Positions 9,265-21,225 of a stretch of 41,070 nucleotides of DNA are shown piece after piece. A program made the translations under genes and the position numbers. The DNA comes from Bacteroidia bacterium (GTDB taxonomy: Bacteria; Bacteroidota; Bacteroidia; UBA4408): NCBI GenBank assembly GCA_044370375.1, contig JBILVQ010000003.1, positions 1 to 41,070 on the forward strand, written 5' to 3'. The notes below the pieces were generated by a model. The model made no database searches. It saw only the letters and a program-made list of their open reading frames with translations, and was not told the DNA's origin. Position 1 is the first letter of the stretch, and each line of letters opens with the position of its first letter.

Positions 9265-11373
9265 ATGCATATCACTCAGGAGTTACCTGTTTTACGAATA
9301 TTGTTGCCTTTTCTTGCAGGAATATTAACCTACATCAATCTTGGAATTTCTTCAACCTACACATTTCCAATATTCCTATTAACAAGCCTTTTCTTCCTTG
9401 CTTTTTCTCAACGGATGAATAAGCGTTGGAAGTTCCAATGGATTAACGGGTTGCTGATTAACCTCATCATTTTTCTGGCCGCAATTTGTTTGACGCAATA
9501 CAATGATGAAGAAAAAAATCCAACACACTTTAGCCGGCAAAATCTTGATCAATTCCATTTTGCAATGGTCTCCATTGTAGAAGCCCCAAAAATTTCGGCA
9601 AAGTCATGGAAGGCAGTATTGAAGGTAAATAGCTTGATCAATTCCACAGGAATAGGTAAAGAGGCTGATGGGAAAATAATGGCATATTTCTCGAAAGAAA
9701 TTCCATTTGAAAATCTAATGCCGGGCAGAATCCTGCTGATTAAATTTAATCCCAAATCCATAAGCGCACCTAAAAACCCCGGCGAATTCAACTATCAGCG
9801 CTACCTTTCTTTTCACGGAATTTATCACCAACAATTTATTCGACAACATGAGGTAAGCTTTACCCAAATCAATGGTTCGCGTAATTTGCTAATTCATGCC
9901 TGGAAAATCCGAAACAAAGTTTTAGATATCCTAAAACAAATTGGGGCTCCTGCCGAAGATTTTGGTGTTTTGGCTGCCCTTGTTACCGGTCACGAGGAAG
10001 ATTTAACGCCAGATACCATAAGAGCATATTCAGCCACCGGGGCCTTGCATGTTCTATCGGTAAGCGGAATGCATGTTGGTATCATTTTTCTTTTACTGGA
10101 CCTTGTGCTGAAGCATTTGGAAAAAATCAAACACGGAAAAACAATCCGATTAATCACCAGTATTGCGATCCTATGGTTTTATGCCATGTTTACAGGCTTA
10201 TCTCCTTCCGTATTGCGGGCTTGCACCATGTTCACTTTTCTTCAGGCAGGAAAGTATTTCCAAAAAAATCCCAATTCGTTAAACACCCTTTTGTCCTCGG
10301 GCCTTGTATTACTGCTCATTAACCCCTACTTGGCCACAGAGGTTGGGTTCCAGCTCTCGTTTTGCGCAGTGGGTGGAATCATCCTGTTTTATCAAAGAAT
10401 TCATGAGGTAATTAGCCCTCAAAACTGGATTTTAAAACAGGCATGGTCGATTACAGCTGTTTCCATTGCAGCCCAAATAAGTACTTTTCCAATGGGACTT
10501 TTGTATTTTCATTGCTTCCCGAATTACTTCCTCCTTTCTAACCTGATTATTATTCCTCTAACCACGGTTATTTTGTATGCAGGAATGCTATTCGTTTTTA
10601 TTTCGAAAATATCCTTAATAAATACGCTTGTATCATGGAGTACTGTAAAATTATTATGGGTACTCAGAAAAATTGTTTTCCACTTTGAAACCCTCCCTTT
10701 TGCACAATTAAGCGGTATAGATTTCAGCATTGCAGAAACCTTTGTTTTGTACGGAATCATTACATTTTTTACACTCTTTATACTCAACAAAAAAGCCAAT
10801 CATTTAATAATGGCGATGAGTTTAATTCTAGGAATATCGATAATCAACTTGTTTCAATCGCTCCAAAATGAAAACCAGAAATCGTTGGTCATTTATGCCA
10901 TACCCAAAAACAATGCAATGGCATTTATGAATGGAAGAAAATTAGTCCTGTTCAGTGAAAATGATTTTCTAAAAAATGAAAATGCACAAAGGTTTCATTG
11001 CTTTACGCATTGGTACAGTTGTGGAATTGAAAGCAAATCTTTTCAAGATATAACTGCCCAAAGCATGTGTTCTGTTCCAATAAGGATTCATAAAACACGC
11101 AATATTTTTCTGTTCGAAAACAGAACCATTCTTCTAAATCCTGTATTTAGCCAAACAACCTTAACCACAAAAATTGACATTGTTTACCTTACGCAAAAAA
11201 ACTATCCCGACAGCATGGTAATAAATATGATTCCCAAAATCAAAAATTCTATTGTAGTCTTGGGCAGTGAAATCTCACAGCGAAAAATCCTGTTGTGGAA
11301 AAAAATTCTCAAGCAGGAAAAGATAAGAACCCATTCTATTCAAGAGGATGGCTTCTTTGAGTATAAGCTTTAA
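9265..11373 (+). CDS. comEC: ComEC/Rec2 family competence membrane protein
   Basis: PKNPGEFNYQRYL, TGALHVLSVSGMHVG, GLSPSVLRA and GFQLSF motifs; multiple transmembrane segments. Start is probably the ATG at 9265 (the ORF extends to 9187). Confidence 0.92.
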   Translation: MHITQELPVLRILLPFLAGILTYINLGISSTYTFPIFLLTSLFFLAFSQRMNKRWKFQWINGLLINLIIFLAAICLTQYNDEEKNPTHFSRQNLDQFHFAMVSIVEAPKISAKSWKAVLKVNSLINSTGIGKEADGKIMAYFSKEIPFENLMPGRILLIKFNPKSISAPKNPGEFNYQRYLSFHGIYHQQFIRQHEVSFTQINGSRNLLIHAWKIRNKVLDILKQIGAPAEDFGVLAALVTGHEEDLTPDTIRAYSATGALHVLSVSGMHVGIIFLLLDLVLKHLEKIKHGKTIRLITSIAILWFYAMFTGLSPSVLRACTMFTFLQAGKYFQKNPNSLNTLLSSGLVLLLINPYLATEVGFQLSFCAVGGIILFYQRIHEVISPQNWILKQAWSITAVSIAAQISTFPMGLLYFHCFPNYFLLSNLIIIPLTTVILYAGMLFVFISKISLINTLVSWSTVKLLWVLRKIVFHFETLPFAQLSGIDFSIAETFVLYGIITFFTLFILNKKANHLIMAMSLILGISIINLFQSLQNENQKSLVIYAIPKNNAMAFMNGRKLVLFSENDFLKNENAQRFHCFTHWYSCGIESKSFQDITAQSMCSVPIRIHKTRNIFLFENRTILLNPVFSQTTLTTKIDIVYLTQKNYPDSMVINMIPKIKNSIVVLGSEISQRKILLWKKILKQEKIRTHSIQEDGFFEYKL

Positions 11374-11437
11374 AACCCGCTTTTGAAATTGGCCACGAAT
11401 ACCCTTCTGTTTGAAAAATCGCAACCAAAGGTGGCAA

Positions 11438-12130
11438 TTACTTGCCCCAATCAATACCCTTGATTTTTGACATATTCAACAATACTCTTTTCTGTTTCCT
11501 ATAAATTTTTGGATCGGGATGTAGGGGTGAATACAAAACCGGATTGGGAAGAATCGATGCAATCATGGCTGCTTCACCCTTACTCAAATCAGCACTGCTT
11601 TTATTATAGTATTCTTTGGCTGCGGCCTCAATGCCATAAACACCTTGCCCCATCTCAATCACATTCACATACACCTCCATAATTCTTTCCTTGCTCCAGA
11701 ACAACTCAATCAACATGGTAAACCACGCCTCCAAACCCTTTCTTATCCATGTTCTGCCTGGCCACAAAAAAACATTCTTGGCGGTTTGCTGCGAAATGGT
11801 GCTTGCTCCCTTTATTCTTCTTCCCTTCTCGTTATTCTTATATGCTTTTTTTATTGCCTCAAAATCAAAACCATTATGGTTAATAAAATTCTGATCCTCT
11901 GCTGCAAGCATTGCTTTTGGTACATGCTTAGAAATTTGTGAAAGTGGAACCCATTCCTTGTGCCAGCGAAAGCCTTTTCCATCGCTAACCTGTTCAATGG
12001 TTTTAACAACCATAAAGGGTGTGAATGGTACCGGAATAAAACGAAACAATAATACCCCTATTAAACTGAGCGCAAAAAACAGGATAACAAGCCGTTTAAT
12101 CCACCGAAAGATGATTCCAATTATTATCAT
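11438..12130 (-). CDS. mtgA: Monofunctional biosynthetic peptidoglycan transglycosylase
   Basis: GT51 motifs AAEDQNF..H.GFD, GASTISQQTAKNVFLW, RKGLEAW, SKERIMEVYVN; N-terminal membrane anchor. Confidence 0.95.
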   Translation of the reverse strand: MIIIGIIFRWIKRLVILFFALSLIGVLLFRFIPVPFTPFMVVKTIEQVSDGKGFRWHKEWVPLSQISKHVPKAMLAAEDQNFINHNGFDFEAIKKAYKNNEKGRRIKGASTISQQTAKNVFLWPGRTWIRKGLEAWFTMLIELFWSKERIMEVYVNVIEMGQGVYGIEAAAKEYYNKSSADLSKGEAAMIASILPNPVLYSPLHPDPKIYRKQKRVLLNMSKIKGIDWGK

Positions 12131-12137
12131 AATTGAT

Positions 12138-12162
12138 AAAAAAAAAGCCCCGTTAGGGGCTT
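12138..12162 (-). terminator. Intrinsic terminator at end of rplKAJL-rpoBC-DUF3467 unit
   Basis: Minus strand AAGCCCC-TAAC-GGGGCTT followed by a T run. Confidence 0.85.
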
Positions 12163-12176
12163 AATTTTGTTCTGTT

Positions 12177-12494
12177 TCAGGCCTGAGCCTGAGGGCCGCC
12201 AAATCCCATTGGCACCGAATGGCTTTCTCCTTCTTTAATAACTCCAAAATTTGCTTCAAATTTTTGAACGTTATCTTTTAAGGCGAGTAACAAACGTTTC
12301 GCGTGCTGCGGAGTTAGCAATATGCGCGATTTAACTTTTGCCTTCGGAACTCCCGGAAGAATTCTTACAAAGTCAATAATAAACTCTGCATTGGAGTGAG
12401 TTATAATGGCCAGATTGGAATAAATCCCATCAGCCACTTCCTCACTCAATTCAATGTTTAATTGATTTTCCTGGATTTGATTATTGTCTGCCAT
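12177..12494 (-). CDS. DUF3467 family protein
   Basis: LNIELSEEVADGIYSNLAIITHS..EF..DF...PG.PKAKVKSRI.LTPQHAKRL; conserved position after rpoC in Bacteroidota. Confidence 0.9.
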   Translation of the reverse strand: MADNNQIQENQLNIELSEEVADGIYSNLAIITHSNAEFIIDFVRILPGVPKAKVKSRILLTPQHAKRLLLALKDNVQKFEANFGVIKEGESHSVPMGFGGPQAQA

Positions 12495-12505
12495 TTTTAA
12501 CTTTT

Positions 12506-15500
12506 TTAAACCTCACTTACTTCTTTGGTAGCCATCAAACTCTCATACTCTTCCTTAGAACCCACCACGATTTTTTCATAATCACGTAAACCGGTTCCTG
12601 CAGGAATTAAGTGTCCAACAATTACGTTTTCTTTTAATCCTAACAACTCATCAACTTTACCACTAACAGCAGCCTCATTCAACACTTTGGTTGTTTCCTG
12701 GAAGGATGCAGCGGAGATAAAGCTATTGGTTTGCAAAGAAGCTCTGGTAATACCTTGAAGAACTTGTCTGGAAGTAGCAGGAATTGCATCTCTGGCAATA
12801 ACAGGTTTGCGGTCCTTGCGTTTTAGCATTGAATTCTCATCCCTAAGTTTACGGGCAGAAATCATTTGTCCGGCCTTTAAATTATCTGAATCGCCCGGAT
12901 CTTCTACTACTTTTTTGCCGTACAAAGTATCGTTCTCTTCCATGAAATCGGCTTTGTTGGCCAATTGTTTTTCAAGGAATCTGGTATCGCCCGCATCATC
13001 AATTTCAACTTTACGCATCATCTGACGAACAATTACCTCAAAGTGCTTATCATTGATTTTTACACCTTGTAAACGGTAAACTTCCTGAATTTCATTCACC
13101 AAATATTCCTGAACAGCTGTTGGTCCTTTGATGGACAAAATATCATCTGGAGAAATTGCTCCATCAGAAAGTTGGAATCCGGCCTTGATAAAGTCGTTCT
13201 CCTGAACCAAAATATGCTTAGAAAGTGGAACCAAGTATTTTTTTACTTCACCGGTTCTGCTTTCAACAATTACCTCACGATTACCTCTTTTGATTTTTCC
13301 GAATGAAACAATTCCATCAATTTCTGTTACTACAGCAGGATTGGATGGATTTCTTGCTTCAAACAATTCTGTTACACGCGGTAAACCACCCGTGATATCA
13401 CCCAGTTTACCGGAAGAACGAGGAATTTTAACAAGAATCTGACCTGCGTCAATGTTCTCGCCATCGTTTACAATAATGTGAGCTCCTACAGGAATGTTGT
13501 AAGTCTTTAGTAAATCCTTGCCTTTGCTGATAACCTTAATGGCAGGGTTCTTTGTTTTATCCCTGGTTTCAATAACCACTTTCTCGGCAAAACCTGTCTG
13601 TTCATCTGACTCCTCACGGTAGGTAACACCATCTGCAAGACTTTCATACTCAATCTTTCCTGCAAACTCAGAAACAATAACAGCATTATAAGGATCCCAG
13701 TCACAAATAAGGGTGCCGGCTTTTACAAGGTCACCATTACTAACATAAACCTGAGAACCATAAGGCACGTTTCCGGTTGTTAAAACAATTTTAGTTTTTG
13801 GATCAACTACTCGCAATTCAGCAGATCGACCAATTACCACATTAGATTTCTTACCGTCTTTGTCAATAAAGTCAACCACTCTTAACTCTTCAAACTCTAC
13901 AATTCCTTCGTATTTTGCTTTGATAGAAGTTTCAGAAGATACGTTTGAAGCGGTACCCCCAACGTGGAAGGTACGGAGTGTCAACTGCGTTCCCGGTTCA
14001 CCAATTGACTGGGCTGCAATTACCCCAACGGCCTCACCTTTTTGAACCAACCTTCCGGTGGCAAGGTTTCTTCCATAGCACTTGGCGCAAACACCTGTTT
14101 TAGACTCACAGGTAAGTACGGATCTAATTTCGACAGATTCAATAGGAGAATCGGCAATTAATTTAGCCTGATCTTCGGTAATTTCTTCACCACCTGAAAC
14201 AATAATTTCTGCGGTATTAGGATGAATTACATCATTGAGCGCAACCCTTCCAAGAATTCTGTCATGCAAAGATTCTACAATCTCATCGTTCTTTTTCAAA
14301 GGAATAGCAACAAGACCACGCAAGGTCCCACAATCAGGAATACTAATAATAACATCCTGAGAAACATCCACCAAACGTCTTGTCAAATAACCAGCATCGG
14401 CCGTTTTAAGAGCCGTATCCGCCAAACCTTTACGAGCACCATGGGTTGAAATAAAATACTCAAGAATCGATAATCCTTCCTTAAAGTTGGAAATAATCGG
14501 ATTCTCAATAATCTCCCCGCCCGAAGCACCTGATTTTTGCGGCTTGGCCATCAAACCTCTCATTCCTGATAACTGACGAATTTGCTCCTTTGAACCACGG
14601 GCTCCGGAATCAAGCATCATGTAAACAGAATTGAATCCTTGTTTATCATTGATAAGCAATGACATCAATCGTTGTGTCAAGCGTGAATTGGTATGTGTCC
14701 AAATATCAATAATTTGGTTATAACGCTCGTTGTTGGTGATAAAACCCATGTTATAATTGTTCAACACTTCTTCCACCTGAACGTTTGCATCAGTAATCAT
14801 TTGCTCCTTTTCGTCCGGCACAATAATATCTGCCAAATTAAAGGACAAACCACCTCTGAAGGCCATTTGGAAACCAAGGTCCTTCATATCGTCCAAAAAC
14901 TTCGCTGTTTTTGCAACACCGGAAGTTTTTAGAATTACACCAATAATATCTCTTAAGGATTTCTTGGTAAGCAAATCATTGATAAAACCGACCTCATAAG
15001 GCACTACTTGGTTAAATAAAACTCTTCCAACGGTAGTTTCGAAAAGTTTATTCACCAATTCTCCGTTTTCCTTCACATTAACCTTTACCTTGATATGAGC
15101 GTGCAGGTCTATTTTTCCTTCATTGTAAGCAATGATAACCTCTTCTGGAGAATAAAAAGAAATACCCTCTCCACGAACCTTAAGTTCGGGAGTAGTTTTC
15201 TTCCCTTTGGTCATATAGTAAAGACCTAAAACCATGTCCTGAGAAGGAACGGTGATAGGTGCACCATTGGCCGGGTTCAAAATGTTATGAGAAGCAAGCA
15301 TCAGCATTTGGGCTTCCAAAACTGCAGCATTTCCAAGTGGAACGTGAACTGCCATCTGGTCACCGTCAAAGTCAGCGTTAAATGCTGTACAAACCAAGGG
15401 ATGTAACTGAATTGCTTTCCCTTCAATTAACTTTGGTTGAAAAGCCTGTATACCCAATCTGTGGAGTGTGGGTGCACGGTTTAACAACACAGGATGACCT

Positions 15501-16792
15501 TTCAAAATATTTTCAAGAATATCCCAAACAACAGCATCTTTTCTGTCAACAATTTTTTTGGCAGACTTAACTGTTTTTACAATTCCTCTTTCAATTAATT
15601 TGCGGATAATAAATGGCTTAAAAAGCTCTGCTGCCATGTCTTTAGGAAGACCACATTCATGCAGTTTCATTTCAGGCCCAACAACAATTACAGAACGGGC
15701 AGAGTAGTCAACACGTTTACCTAATAAATTCTGACGGAAACGTCCTTGTTTTCCTTTCAAAGAGTCAGAAAGAGATTTTAAGGCACGATTTGACTCTGTT
15801 TTAACAGCATTGGATTTTCTTGAGTTATCAAGCAAGGAATCAACAGATTCCTGAAGCATCCTCTTTTCGTTTCTTAAAATAACTTCAGGAGCTTTAATCT
15901 CCATCAATCTTTTTAAACGATTATTACGAATAATCACCCTTCTATAAAGGTCATTCAAATCAGAGGTTGCAAAACGACCACCATCCAATGGCACCAAAGG
16001 ACGAAGTTCAGGCGGTATTACCGGAATAACTTTCAAAATCATCCATTCCGGATTATTAATTACGTTCTCCCTTGAATGTCTGAAAGCTTCAACAACCTGC
16101 AATCTTTTTAGAGATTCGGTTTTACGTTGTTGGCTTGTTTCGGTATTTGCTTTGTGACGCAGGCTATACGACAATTCATCCAAATCAATTCTTGCCAAAA
16201 GCTCATTCAAAGCCTCGGCACCCATTTTAGCAATAAACTTATTGGGGTCGTTGTCATCCAGGTGTTGATTATCTTTTGGTAAGGTATCCAGGATATTCAA
16301 ATACTCTTCCTCCGATAAAAAATCCATTTTATTAACTCCATCCGCCTCTTTTACACCGGCCTGAATTACTACATAGCGTTCGTAGTAAATGATAGAATCT
16401 AACTTCTTTGTGGGTAAACCAAGAAGGTAACCAATTTTATTGGGTAAGGATCTGAAATACCAGATATGCGCAACAGGAACCACCAGTTGAATGTGGCCCA
16501 TTCTTTCACGTCTTACTTTCTTTTCGGTTACCTCAACACCACAACGGTCGCAGACAATACCCTTGTAACGAATCCGTTTATATTTACCGCAAGCACATTC
16601 CCAATCCTTTACCGGACCGAAAATACGCTCACAAAACAGCCCTCCCATTTCAGGTTTGTAGGTTCTGTAATTAATGGTTTCAGGCTTTATTACTTCACCG
16701 CTTGATTTATCTAAAATCGACTCGGGTGAAGCAAGGCTGATGATGATCTTTGAGAAATTACTCTTGACCTTATTATCTCTTTTTAGCGCCAT
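12506..16792 (-). CDS. rpoC: DNA-directed RNA polymerase subunit beta'
   Basis: NADFDGDQM catalytic motif; zinc finger CACGKY...CDRC; [16 protein letters not shown]. Confidence 0.99.
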   Translation of the reverse strand: MALKRDNKVKSNFSKIIISLASPESILDKSSGEVIKPETINYRTYKPEMGGLFCERIFGPVKDWECACGKYKRIRYKGIVCDRCGVEVTEKKVRRERMGHIQLVVPVAHIWYFRSLPNKIGYLLGLPTKKLDSIIYYERYVVIQAGVKEADGVNKMDFLSEEEYLNILDTLPKDNQHLDDNDPNKFIAKMGAEALNELLARIDLDELSYSLRHKANTETSQQRKTESLKRLQVVEAFRHSRENVINNPEWMILKVIPVIPPELRPLVPLDGGRFATSDLNDLYRRVIIRNNRLKRLMEIKAPEVILRNEKRMLQESVDSLLDNSRKSNAVKTESNRALKSLSDSLKGKQGRFRQNLLGKRVDYSARSVIVVGPEMKLHECGLPKDMAAELFKPFIIRKLIERGIVKTVKSAKKIVDRKDAVVWDILENILKGHPVLLNRAPTLHRLGIQAFQPKLIEGKAIQLHPLVCTAFNADFDGDQMAVHVPLGNAAVLEAQMLMLASHNILNPANGAPITVPSQDMVLGLYYMTKGKKTTPELKVRGEGISFYSPEEVIIAYNEGKIDLHAHIKVKVNVKENGELVNKLFETTVGRVLFNQVVPYEVGFINDLLTKKSLRDIIGVILKTSGVAKTAKFLDDMKDLGFQMAFRGGLSFNLADIIVPDEKEQMITDANVQVEEVLNNYNMGFITNNERYNQIIDIWTHTNSRLTQRLMSLLINDKQGFNSVYMMLDSGARGSKEQIRQLSGMRGLMAKPQKSGASGGEIIENPIISNFKEGLSILEYFISTHGARKGLADTALKTADAGYLTRRLVDVSQDVIISIPDCGTLRGLVAIPLKKNDEIVESLHDRILGRVALNDVIHPNTAEIIVSGGEEITEDQAKLIADSPIESVEIRSVLTCESKTGVCAKCYGRNLATGRLVQKGEAVGVIAAQSIGEPGTQLTLRTFHVGGTASNVSSETSIKAKYEGIVEFEELRVVDFIDKDGKKSNVVIGRSAELRVVDPKTKIVLTTGNVPYGSQVYVSNGDLVKAGTLICDWDPYNAVIVSEFAGKIEYESLADGVTYREESDEQTGFAEKVVIETRDKTKNPAIKVISKGKDLLKTYNIPVGAHIIVNDGENIDAGQILVKIPRSSGKLGDITGGLPRVTELFEARNPSNPAVVTEIDGIVSFGKIKRGNREVIVESRTGEVKKYLVPLSKHILVQENDFIKAGFQLSDGAISPDDILSIKGPTAVQEYLVNEIQEVYRLQGVKINDKHFEVIVRQMMRKVEIDDAGDTRFLEKQLANKADFMEENDTLYGKKVVEDPGDSDNLKAGQMISARKLRDENSMLKRKDRKPVIARDAIPATSRQVLQGITRASLQTNSFISAASFQETTKVLNEAAVSGKVDELLGLKENVIVGHLIPAGTGLRDYEKIVVGSKEEYESLMATKEVSEV

Positions 16793-16828
16793 TTTTTTGT
16801 TTCCCTGTTAAGGTTAAAAATCAAATAA

Positions 16829-16855
16829 AGTGACGGGCATTTTCTACCCGTCACT
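16829..16855 (-). terminator. Hairpin with T-rich tail between rpoB and rpoC (attenuator or stability element)
   Basis: AGTGACGGG / CCCGTCACT inverted repeat, followed by TTATTT on the minus strand. Confidence 0.55.
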
Positions 16856-16862
16856 GAAAAAA

Positions 16863-19800
16863 CTATTCCATGCTGATTGACAATCCCAGACCTCTCAATT
16901 CATGCAACAACACATTGAAAGATTCAGGAATTCCAGGAGTAGGCATATTCTCTCCTTTTACGATGGCCTCATAAGCTTTGGCTCTTCCACTCACGTCATC
17001 CGACTTGATGGTCAAGATTTCCTGAAGAATATTAGCCGCACCAAAAGCTTCTAGAGCCCAAACCTCCATTTCACCGAAACGCTGACCTCCGAACTGGGCT
17101 TTACCGCCAAGTGGTTGCTGGGTAATCAATGAATAAGGACCGATAGAACGTGCATGCATTTTATCATCCACCATGTGTCCTAATTTCATCATATAAATGA
17201 TACCAACGGTAGCGGGCTGATCAAAGCGTTGACCGGTTCCTCCGTCATGAAGGTAGGTTTGTCCGTATCTTGGAATGCCTGCTGAATCTGTGTAATGATT
17301 AATTTCATCAATAGACGCACCATCAAAAATTGGGGTTGCAAATTTCAGCCCTAATTTCTGCCCGGCCCAGGCCAATACAGTTTCATAAATTTGTCCAAGG
17401 TTCATCCTCGAAGGTACTCCCAATGGATTAAGAACGATATCAACCGGAGTTCCGTCGGCAAGGAAAGGCATATCCTCATCTCTTACAATTCGGGCCACAA
17501 TTCCTTTGTTTCCATGTCTACCTGCCATTTTATCCCCTACTTTCAGTTTTCTCTTTTTGGCAATATAAACTTTGGCCAACTGAATAATACCTGCAGGTAA
17601 CTCGTCACCAACGGTTAAAGCAAACTTCTTGCGCTTGTATGCACCCAGCAAATCATTGGCTTTGATGTTGAAGTTATGAATGGTCTGTTTGATTAACTCA
17701 TTATCATCCTTGTCTGTAGTCCATTTGGCAGGATTTACATTTTGGTAATCGATGGTTAACAGAGCCTTTTGGGTAAATTTAGAGCCTTTTGGAATTAAAG
17801 TTTCCTTGAAGTTATTCATTACTCCTTGCGAAACTTTTCCGTCAACCATTTTGAAGAGTTTTTCAACAAGTAACCCCTTAAGCGTATTTATTTCTTGTCC
17901 GTACTCCTCGTCTAGTTTTGCCATGATAGGCTTTTCGTCTGTCTTGGATTTTTTATCCTTAACAACCCTTGAAAATAATTTCTTATCAATGACAACTCCT
18001 TTCAGCGATGGAGGTGCTTTCAAGGATGCATCTTTCACATCACCTGCTTTGTCACCAAAAATAGCACGAAGAAGTTTTTCCTCCGGAGATGGATCAGTTT
18101 CACCTTTGGGGGTAATTTTTCCTATCAAAATATCCCCTTCTTTCACCTCTGCACCAACCCTGATTAATCCGTTATTATCAAGATCTTTTGTAGCCTCTTC
18201 ACTAACATTAGGAATATCATTGGTTAATTCTTCAAGTCCTCGTTTGGTATCTCTTACTTCCAATACATATTCATCAATATGCAACGAGGTAAAAATATCT
18301 TCACGAACAACTCTTTCAGAGATTACAATAGCATCCTCAAAGTTATAACCTTTCCATGGCATGAAGGCCACTTTCAAATTTCTACCAAGAGCTAATTCTC
18401 CGTTTTGCGTGGCATAACCCTCGCAAAGAACTTGACCTAGAGAAACTCTTTGGCCTTTGGTTACAATTGGTTTAAGGTTGATACAAGTACTTTGATTGGT
18501 TTTTCTAAACTTAATCAAAGAATATCTTTTGATATCATCATCAAAACTAACAGCCTTTTGGGCATCAGATCGGTTGTAACGGATAACAATTTCTTTTGCA
18601 TCAACATACTCTACAACCCCATCACCCTCTGCATTAATTAAAACCCTTGAGTCACGGGCAACCAATGCCTCTAAACCTGTTCCAACATAAGGAGCCTCCG
18701 GTCTTAACAACGGAACTGCCTGACGTTGCATGTTTGAACCCATCAATGCACGGTTGGCATCATCATGCTCAAGGAAAGGAATTAATGAAGCAGCAATAGA
18801 GGCAATCTGGTTAGGGGCCACATCAATTAAATCCAACTTGTCTGGCTCAACAATTGGCATATCCCCACCTAATCTGGCCTTAACTCTTTTATCAAGAATT
18901 TCGCCCGAATCAGCAACATCAGCCACGGCCTGAGCAATGGTTTTATTATGTTCCTGTTCTGCTGTTCGGTAATGAATTGGCTCATTGAAATCGATTTTTC
19001 CATCCACTACATTTCTGTAAGGTGTTTCAATGAAACCAAGCTTATTAATTTTTGCGAACACACACAAAGAAGAAATCAAACCAATGTTTGGACCTTCAGG
19101 GGTTTCAATGGTACAAAGACGACCATAGTGTGTATAGTGAACGTCACGAACCTCAAAACCTGCTCTTTCTCTGGAAAGACCGCCTGGCCCGAGTGCCGAT
19201 AATCTTCTTTTGTGCGTTATTTCAGCCAGTGGATTGGTTTGATCCATGAACTGAGATAACTGGTTGGTACCAAAAAACGAATTGATTACCGAAGAGAGCG
19301 TTTTCGCGTTAATCAGATCGGTAGGAGTAAATACCTCATTATCGCGAACGTTCATTCTTTCGCGAATGGTTCTGGCCATCCTTGAGAGGCCCACACCGAA
19401 CTGAGCATACAACTGCTCCCCTACGGTTCTAACCCTTCGATTACTTAGGTGGTCAATATCATCCACATCCGCTTTAGAGTTAATTAGCTCAATCAAGTAT
19501 TTAATAATCTCGATAATATCCTGCTTTGTCAACACTTTGGTTTCTTCAGGAATCTCAAGATTCAATTTTTTATTGATACGGTAACGACCAACAATACCAA
19601 GGTCGTAACGCTTATCGGAAAAGAAAAGCTTGTCAATGATACCACGGGCGGTTTCCTCATCCGGTGGTTCTGCATTTCTTAACTGACGATAAATATGTTC
19701 AACAGCTTCTTTCTCAGAATTTGAAGTATCCTTTTGCAGGGTATTATAAATAATGGAGAAATCGGCTGCGTTAATTTCTTCTTTATGAAGGATGATAGAT

Positions 19801-20678
19801 TTTACGTTTGAATCTAAAATCAAATCAAGGTGATGTGCATCAAGAATGGTTTCGCGGTCAATTAAAACCTCGTTCCTTTCGATAGAAACAACCTCGCCTG
19901 TATCCTCATCCACGAAATCCTCAATCCAGGTTTTCAAAACTCGAGCAGCCAACTTTCTGCCTTGAGCTTTCTTGATTCCTGTTTTGCTAACCTTCAGTTC
20001 ATCTGCAAGATTAAAAATCTCGAGGATATCTTTATCACTTTCAAACCCGATGGCTCTTAACAAAGTTGTTACAGGAAGTTTTTTCTTTCTGTCGATGTAA
20101 GCATACATCACATTGTTAATGTCAGTAGCAAATTCAATCCAGGATCCCTTGAATGGGATGATTCTGGCAGAATAAAGCTTTGTACCATTCGCATGGCGGC
20201 TCTGACCAAAAAACACGCCGGGAGAGCGGTGTAATTGCGAAACGATAACCCTTTCAGCGCCATTGATTACGAATGTCCCTTTGGGGGTCATGTAAGGAAT
20301 GGTTCCAAGGTAAACGTCCTGAATAATGGTTTCGAAATCCTCGTGTTCAGGGTCGGTGCAATAAAGCTTCAACTTTGCCTTGAGCGGCACTGAATAAGTC
20401 AAGCCTCTTTCGATACATTCATCAATGGTGTATCTGGGAGGATCAACAAAATAATCGAGGAATTCAAGAACAAAATTATTCCTGGCATCGGTGATAGGGA
20501 AATTTTCGGCAAACACCTGAAAAAGCCCTTCGTTTTTACGGTTTTCAGGGGTTGTTTCCAACTGAAAGAAATCTTGAAAAGATTTCACCTGAACGTCCAG
20601 AAAATCAGGATATGGTACCTGATTTTTAAGAGAAGAGAATGTTACTCTTCCACTAAGTTTATCGGTTTTTGTGGCCAA
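16863..20678 (-). CDS. rpoB: DNA-directed RNA polymerase subunit beta (TTG start)
   Basis: [38 protein letters not shown] and [15 protein letters not shown] motifs. Confidence 0.99.
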   Translation of the reverse strand: MATKTDKLSGRVTFSSLKNQVPYPDFLDVQVKSFQDFFQLETTPENRKNEGLFQVFAENFPITDARNNFVLEFLDYFVDPPRYTIDECIERGLTYSVPLKAKLKLYCTDPEHEDFETIIQDVYLGTIPYMTPKGTFVINGAERVIVSQLHRSPGVFFGQSRHANGTKLYSARIIPFKGSWIEFATDINNVMYAYIDRKKKLPVTTLLRAIGFESDKDILEIFNLADELKVSKTGIKKAQGRKLAARVLKTWIEDFVDEDTGEVVSIERNEVLIDRETILDAHHLDLILDSNVKSIILHKEEINAADFSIIYNTLQKDTSNSEKEAVEHIYRQLRNAEPPDEETARGIIDKLFFSDKRYDLGIVGRYRINKKLNLEIPEETKVLTKQDIIEIIKYLIELINSKADVDDIDHLSNRRVRTVGEQLYAQFGVGLSRMARTIRERMNVRDNEVFTPTDLINAKTLSSVINSFFGTNQLSQFMDQTNPLAEITHKRRLSALGPGGLSRERAGFEVRDVHYTHYGRLCTIETPEGPNIGLISSLCVFAKINKLGFIETPYRNVVDGKIDFNEPIHYRTAEQEHNKTIAQAVADVADSGEILDKRVKARLGGDMPIVEPDKLDLIDVAPNQIASIAASLIPFLEHDDANRALMGSNMQRQAVPLLRPEAPYVGTGLEALVARDSRVLINAEGDGVVEYVDAKEIVIRYNRSDAQKAVSFDDDIKRYSLIKFRKTNQSTCINLKPIVTKGQRVSLGQVLCEGYATQNGELALGRNLKVAFMPWKGYNFEDAIVISERVVREDIFTSLHIDEYVLEVRDTKRGLEELTNDIPNVSEEATKDLDNNGLIRVGAEVKEGDILIGKITPKGETDPSPEEKLLRAIFGDKAGDVKDASLKAPPSLKGVVIDKKLFSRVVKDKKSKTDEKPIMAKLDEEYGQEINTLKGLLVEKLFKMVDGKVSQGVMNNFKETLIPKGSKFTQKALLTIDYQNVNPAKWTTDKDDNELIKQTIHNFNIKANDLLGAYKRKKFALTVGDELPAGIIQLAKVYIAKKRKLKVGDKMAGRHGNKGIVARIVRDEDMPFLADGTPVDIVLNPLGVPSRMNLGQIYETVLAWAGQKLGLKFATPIFDGASIDEINHYTDSAGIPRYGQTYLHDGGTGQRFDQPATVGIIYMMKLGHMVDDKMHARSIGPYSLITQQPLGGKAQFGGQRFGEMEVWALEAFGAANILQEILTIKSDDVSGRAKAYEAIVKGENMPTPGIPESFNVLLHELRGLGLSISME

Positions 20679-20734
20679 GGCTAAATTTATTTTTAATCAA
20701 CCAACAATGCAATTAAAAAGACAGAAACTCGGAA

Positions 20735-20764
20735 ACCTCCAGGAAAATTGCTATTCCTGGAGGT
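20735..20764 (-). promoter_or_regulatory. 11-bp hairpin in rplL-rpoB spacer (putative attenuator/processing site)
   Basis: ACCTCCAGGAA-N8-TTCCTGGAGGT; interrupted T-rich tail on the minus strand. Confidence 0.6.
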
Positions 20765-20788
20765 CCTGACTAACGTTATAAGACGTTA

Positions 20789-21169
20789 TTACTTAATTTC
20801 AACCTCAGCTCCGGCTTCAGTTAATTGAGCTTTAATGGCTTCAGCATCTTCTTTAGAAATTCCTTCCTTTAATGGTTTTGGAGCTCCGTCAACAAGATCC
20901 TTTGCTTCTTTAAGGCCAAGGCCGGTGATATCTTTTACAATTTTAACTACACCTAACTTAGCAGCACCGGCTGATTTTAGGATAACGTCAAAAGTTGTTT
21001 TTTCTGCAGCAGCAGCGCCATCTCCGGCACCACCAGCAGGGGCAGCAACTGCAACAGCAGCAGCGGCAGGCTCAATTCCGTATTCATCTTTAAGAATTTG
21101 AGCGAGTTCGTTAACTTCCTTCACGGTAAGGTTAACCAGTTGTTCAGCAAAAGCTTTCAAATCAGCCAT
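20789..21169 (-). CDS. rplL: 50S ribosomal protein L7/L12
   Basis: [13 protein letters not shown]...AAAAVAVA...[12 protein letters not shown]. Confidence 0.99.
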   Translation of the reverse strand: MADLKAFAEQLVNLTVKEVNELAQILKDEYGIEPAAAAVAVAAPAGGAGDGAAAAEKTTFDVILKSAGAAKLGVVKIVKDITGLGLKEAKDLVDGAPKPLKEGISKEDAEAIKAQLTEAGAEVEIK

Positions 21170-21225
21170 TGTTATTTGTTTTGATTAGGGGATTGAACTT
21201 AATTGAATTAGACAGTTTTGACGGA

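Noticed and set aside
10870-11373. ComEC lacking the HxHxDH metallo-beta-lactamase motif
   Set aside because: A degenerate C-terminal domain is common in Bacteroidota ComEC; there is no frameshift.
17752-18348. 198-aa antisense ORF in rpoB, and similar ORFs opposite rplA, rplL, tuf, ftsH and coaD
   Set aside because: These are shadow frames of conserved genes caused by codon bias, with no recognisable motifs.
19170-19280. RpoB rifampicin-resistance region
   Set aside because: The key D, H and S residues (FMDQ, THKRRLS) are the usual susceptible type.
12506-20678. Inteins, introns or rpoB-rpoC fusion
   Set aside because: Lengths look ordinary for Bacteroidota, the stop and start codons are separate, and no intein motifs were seen.
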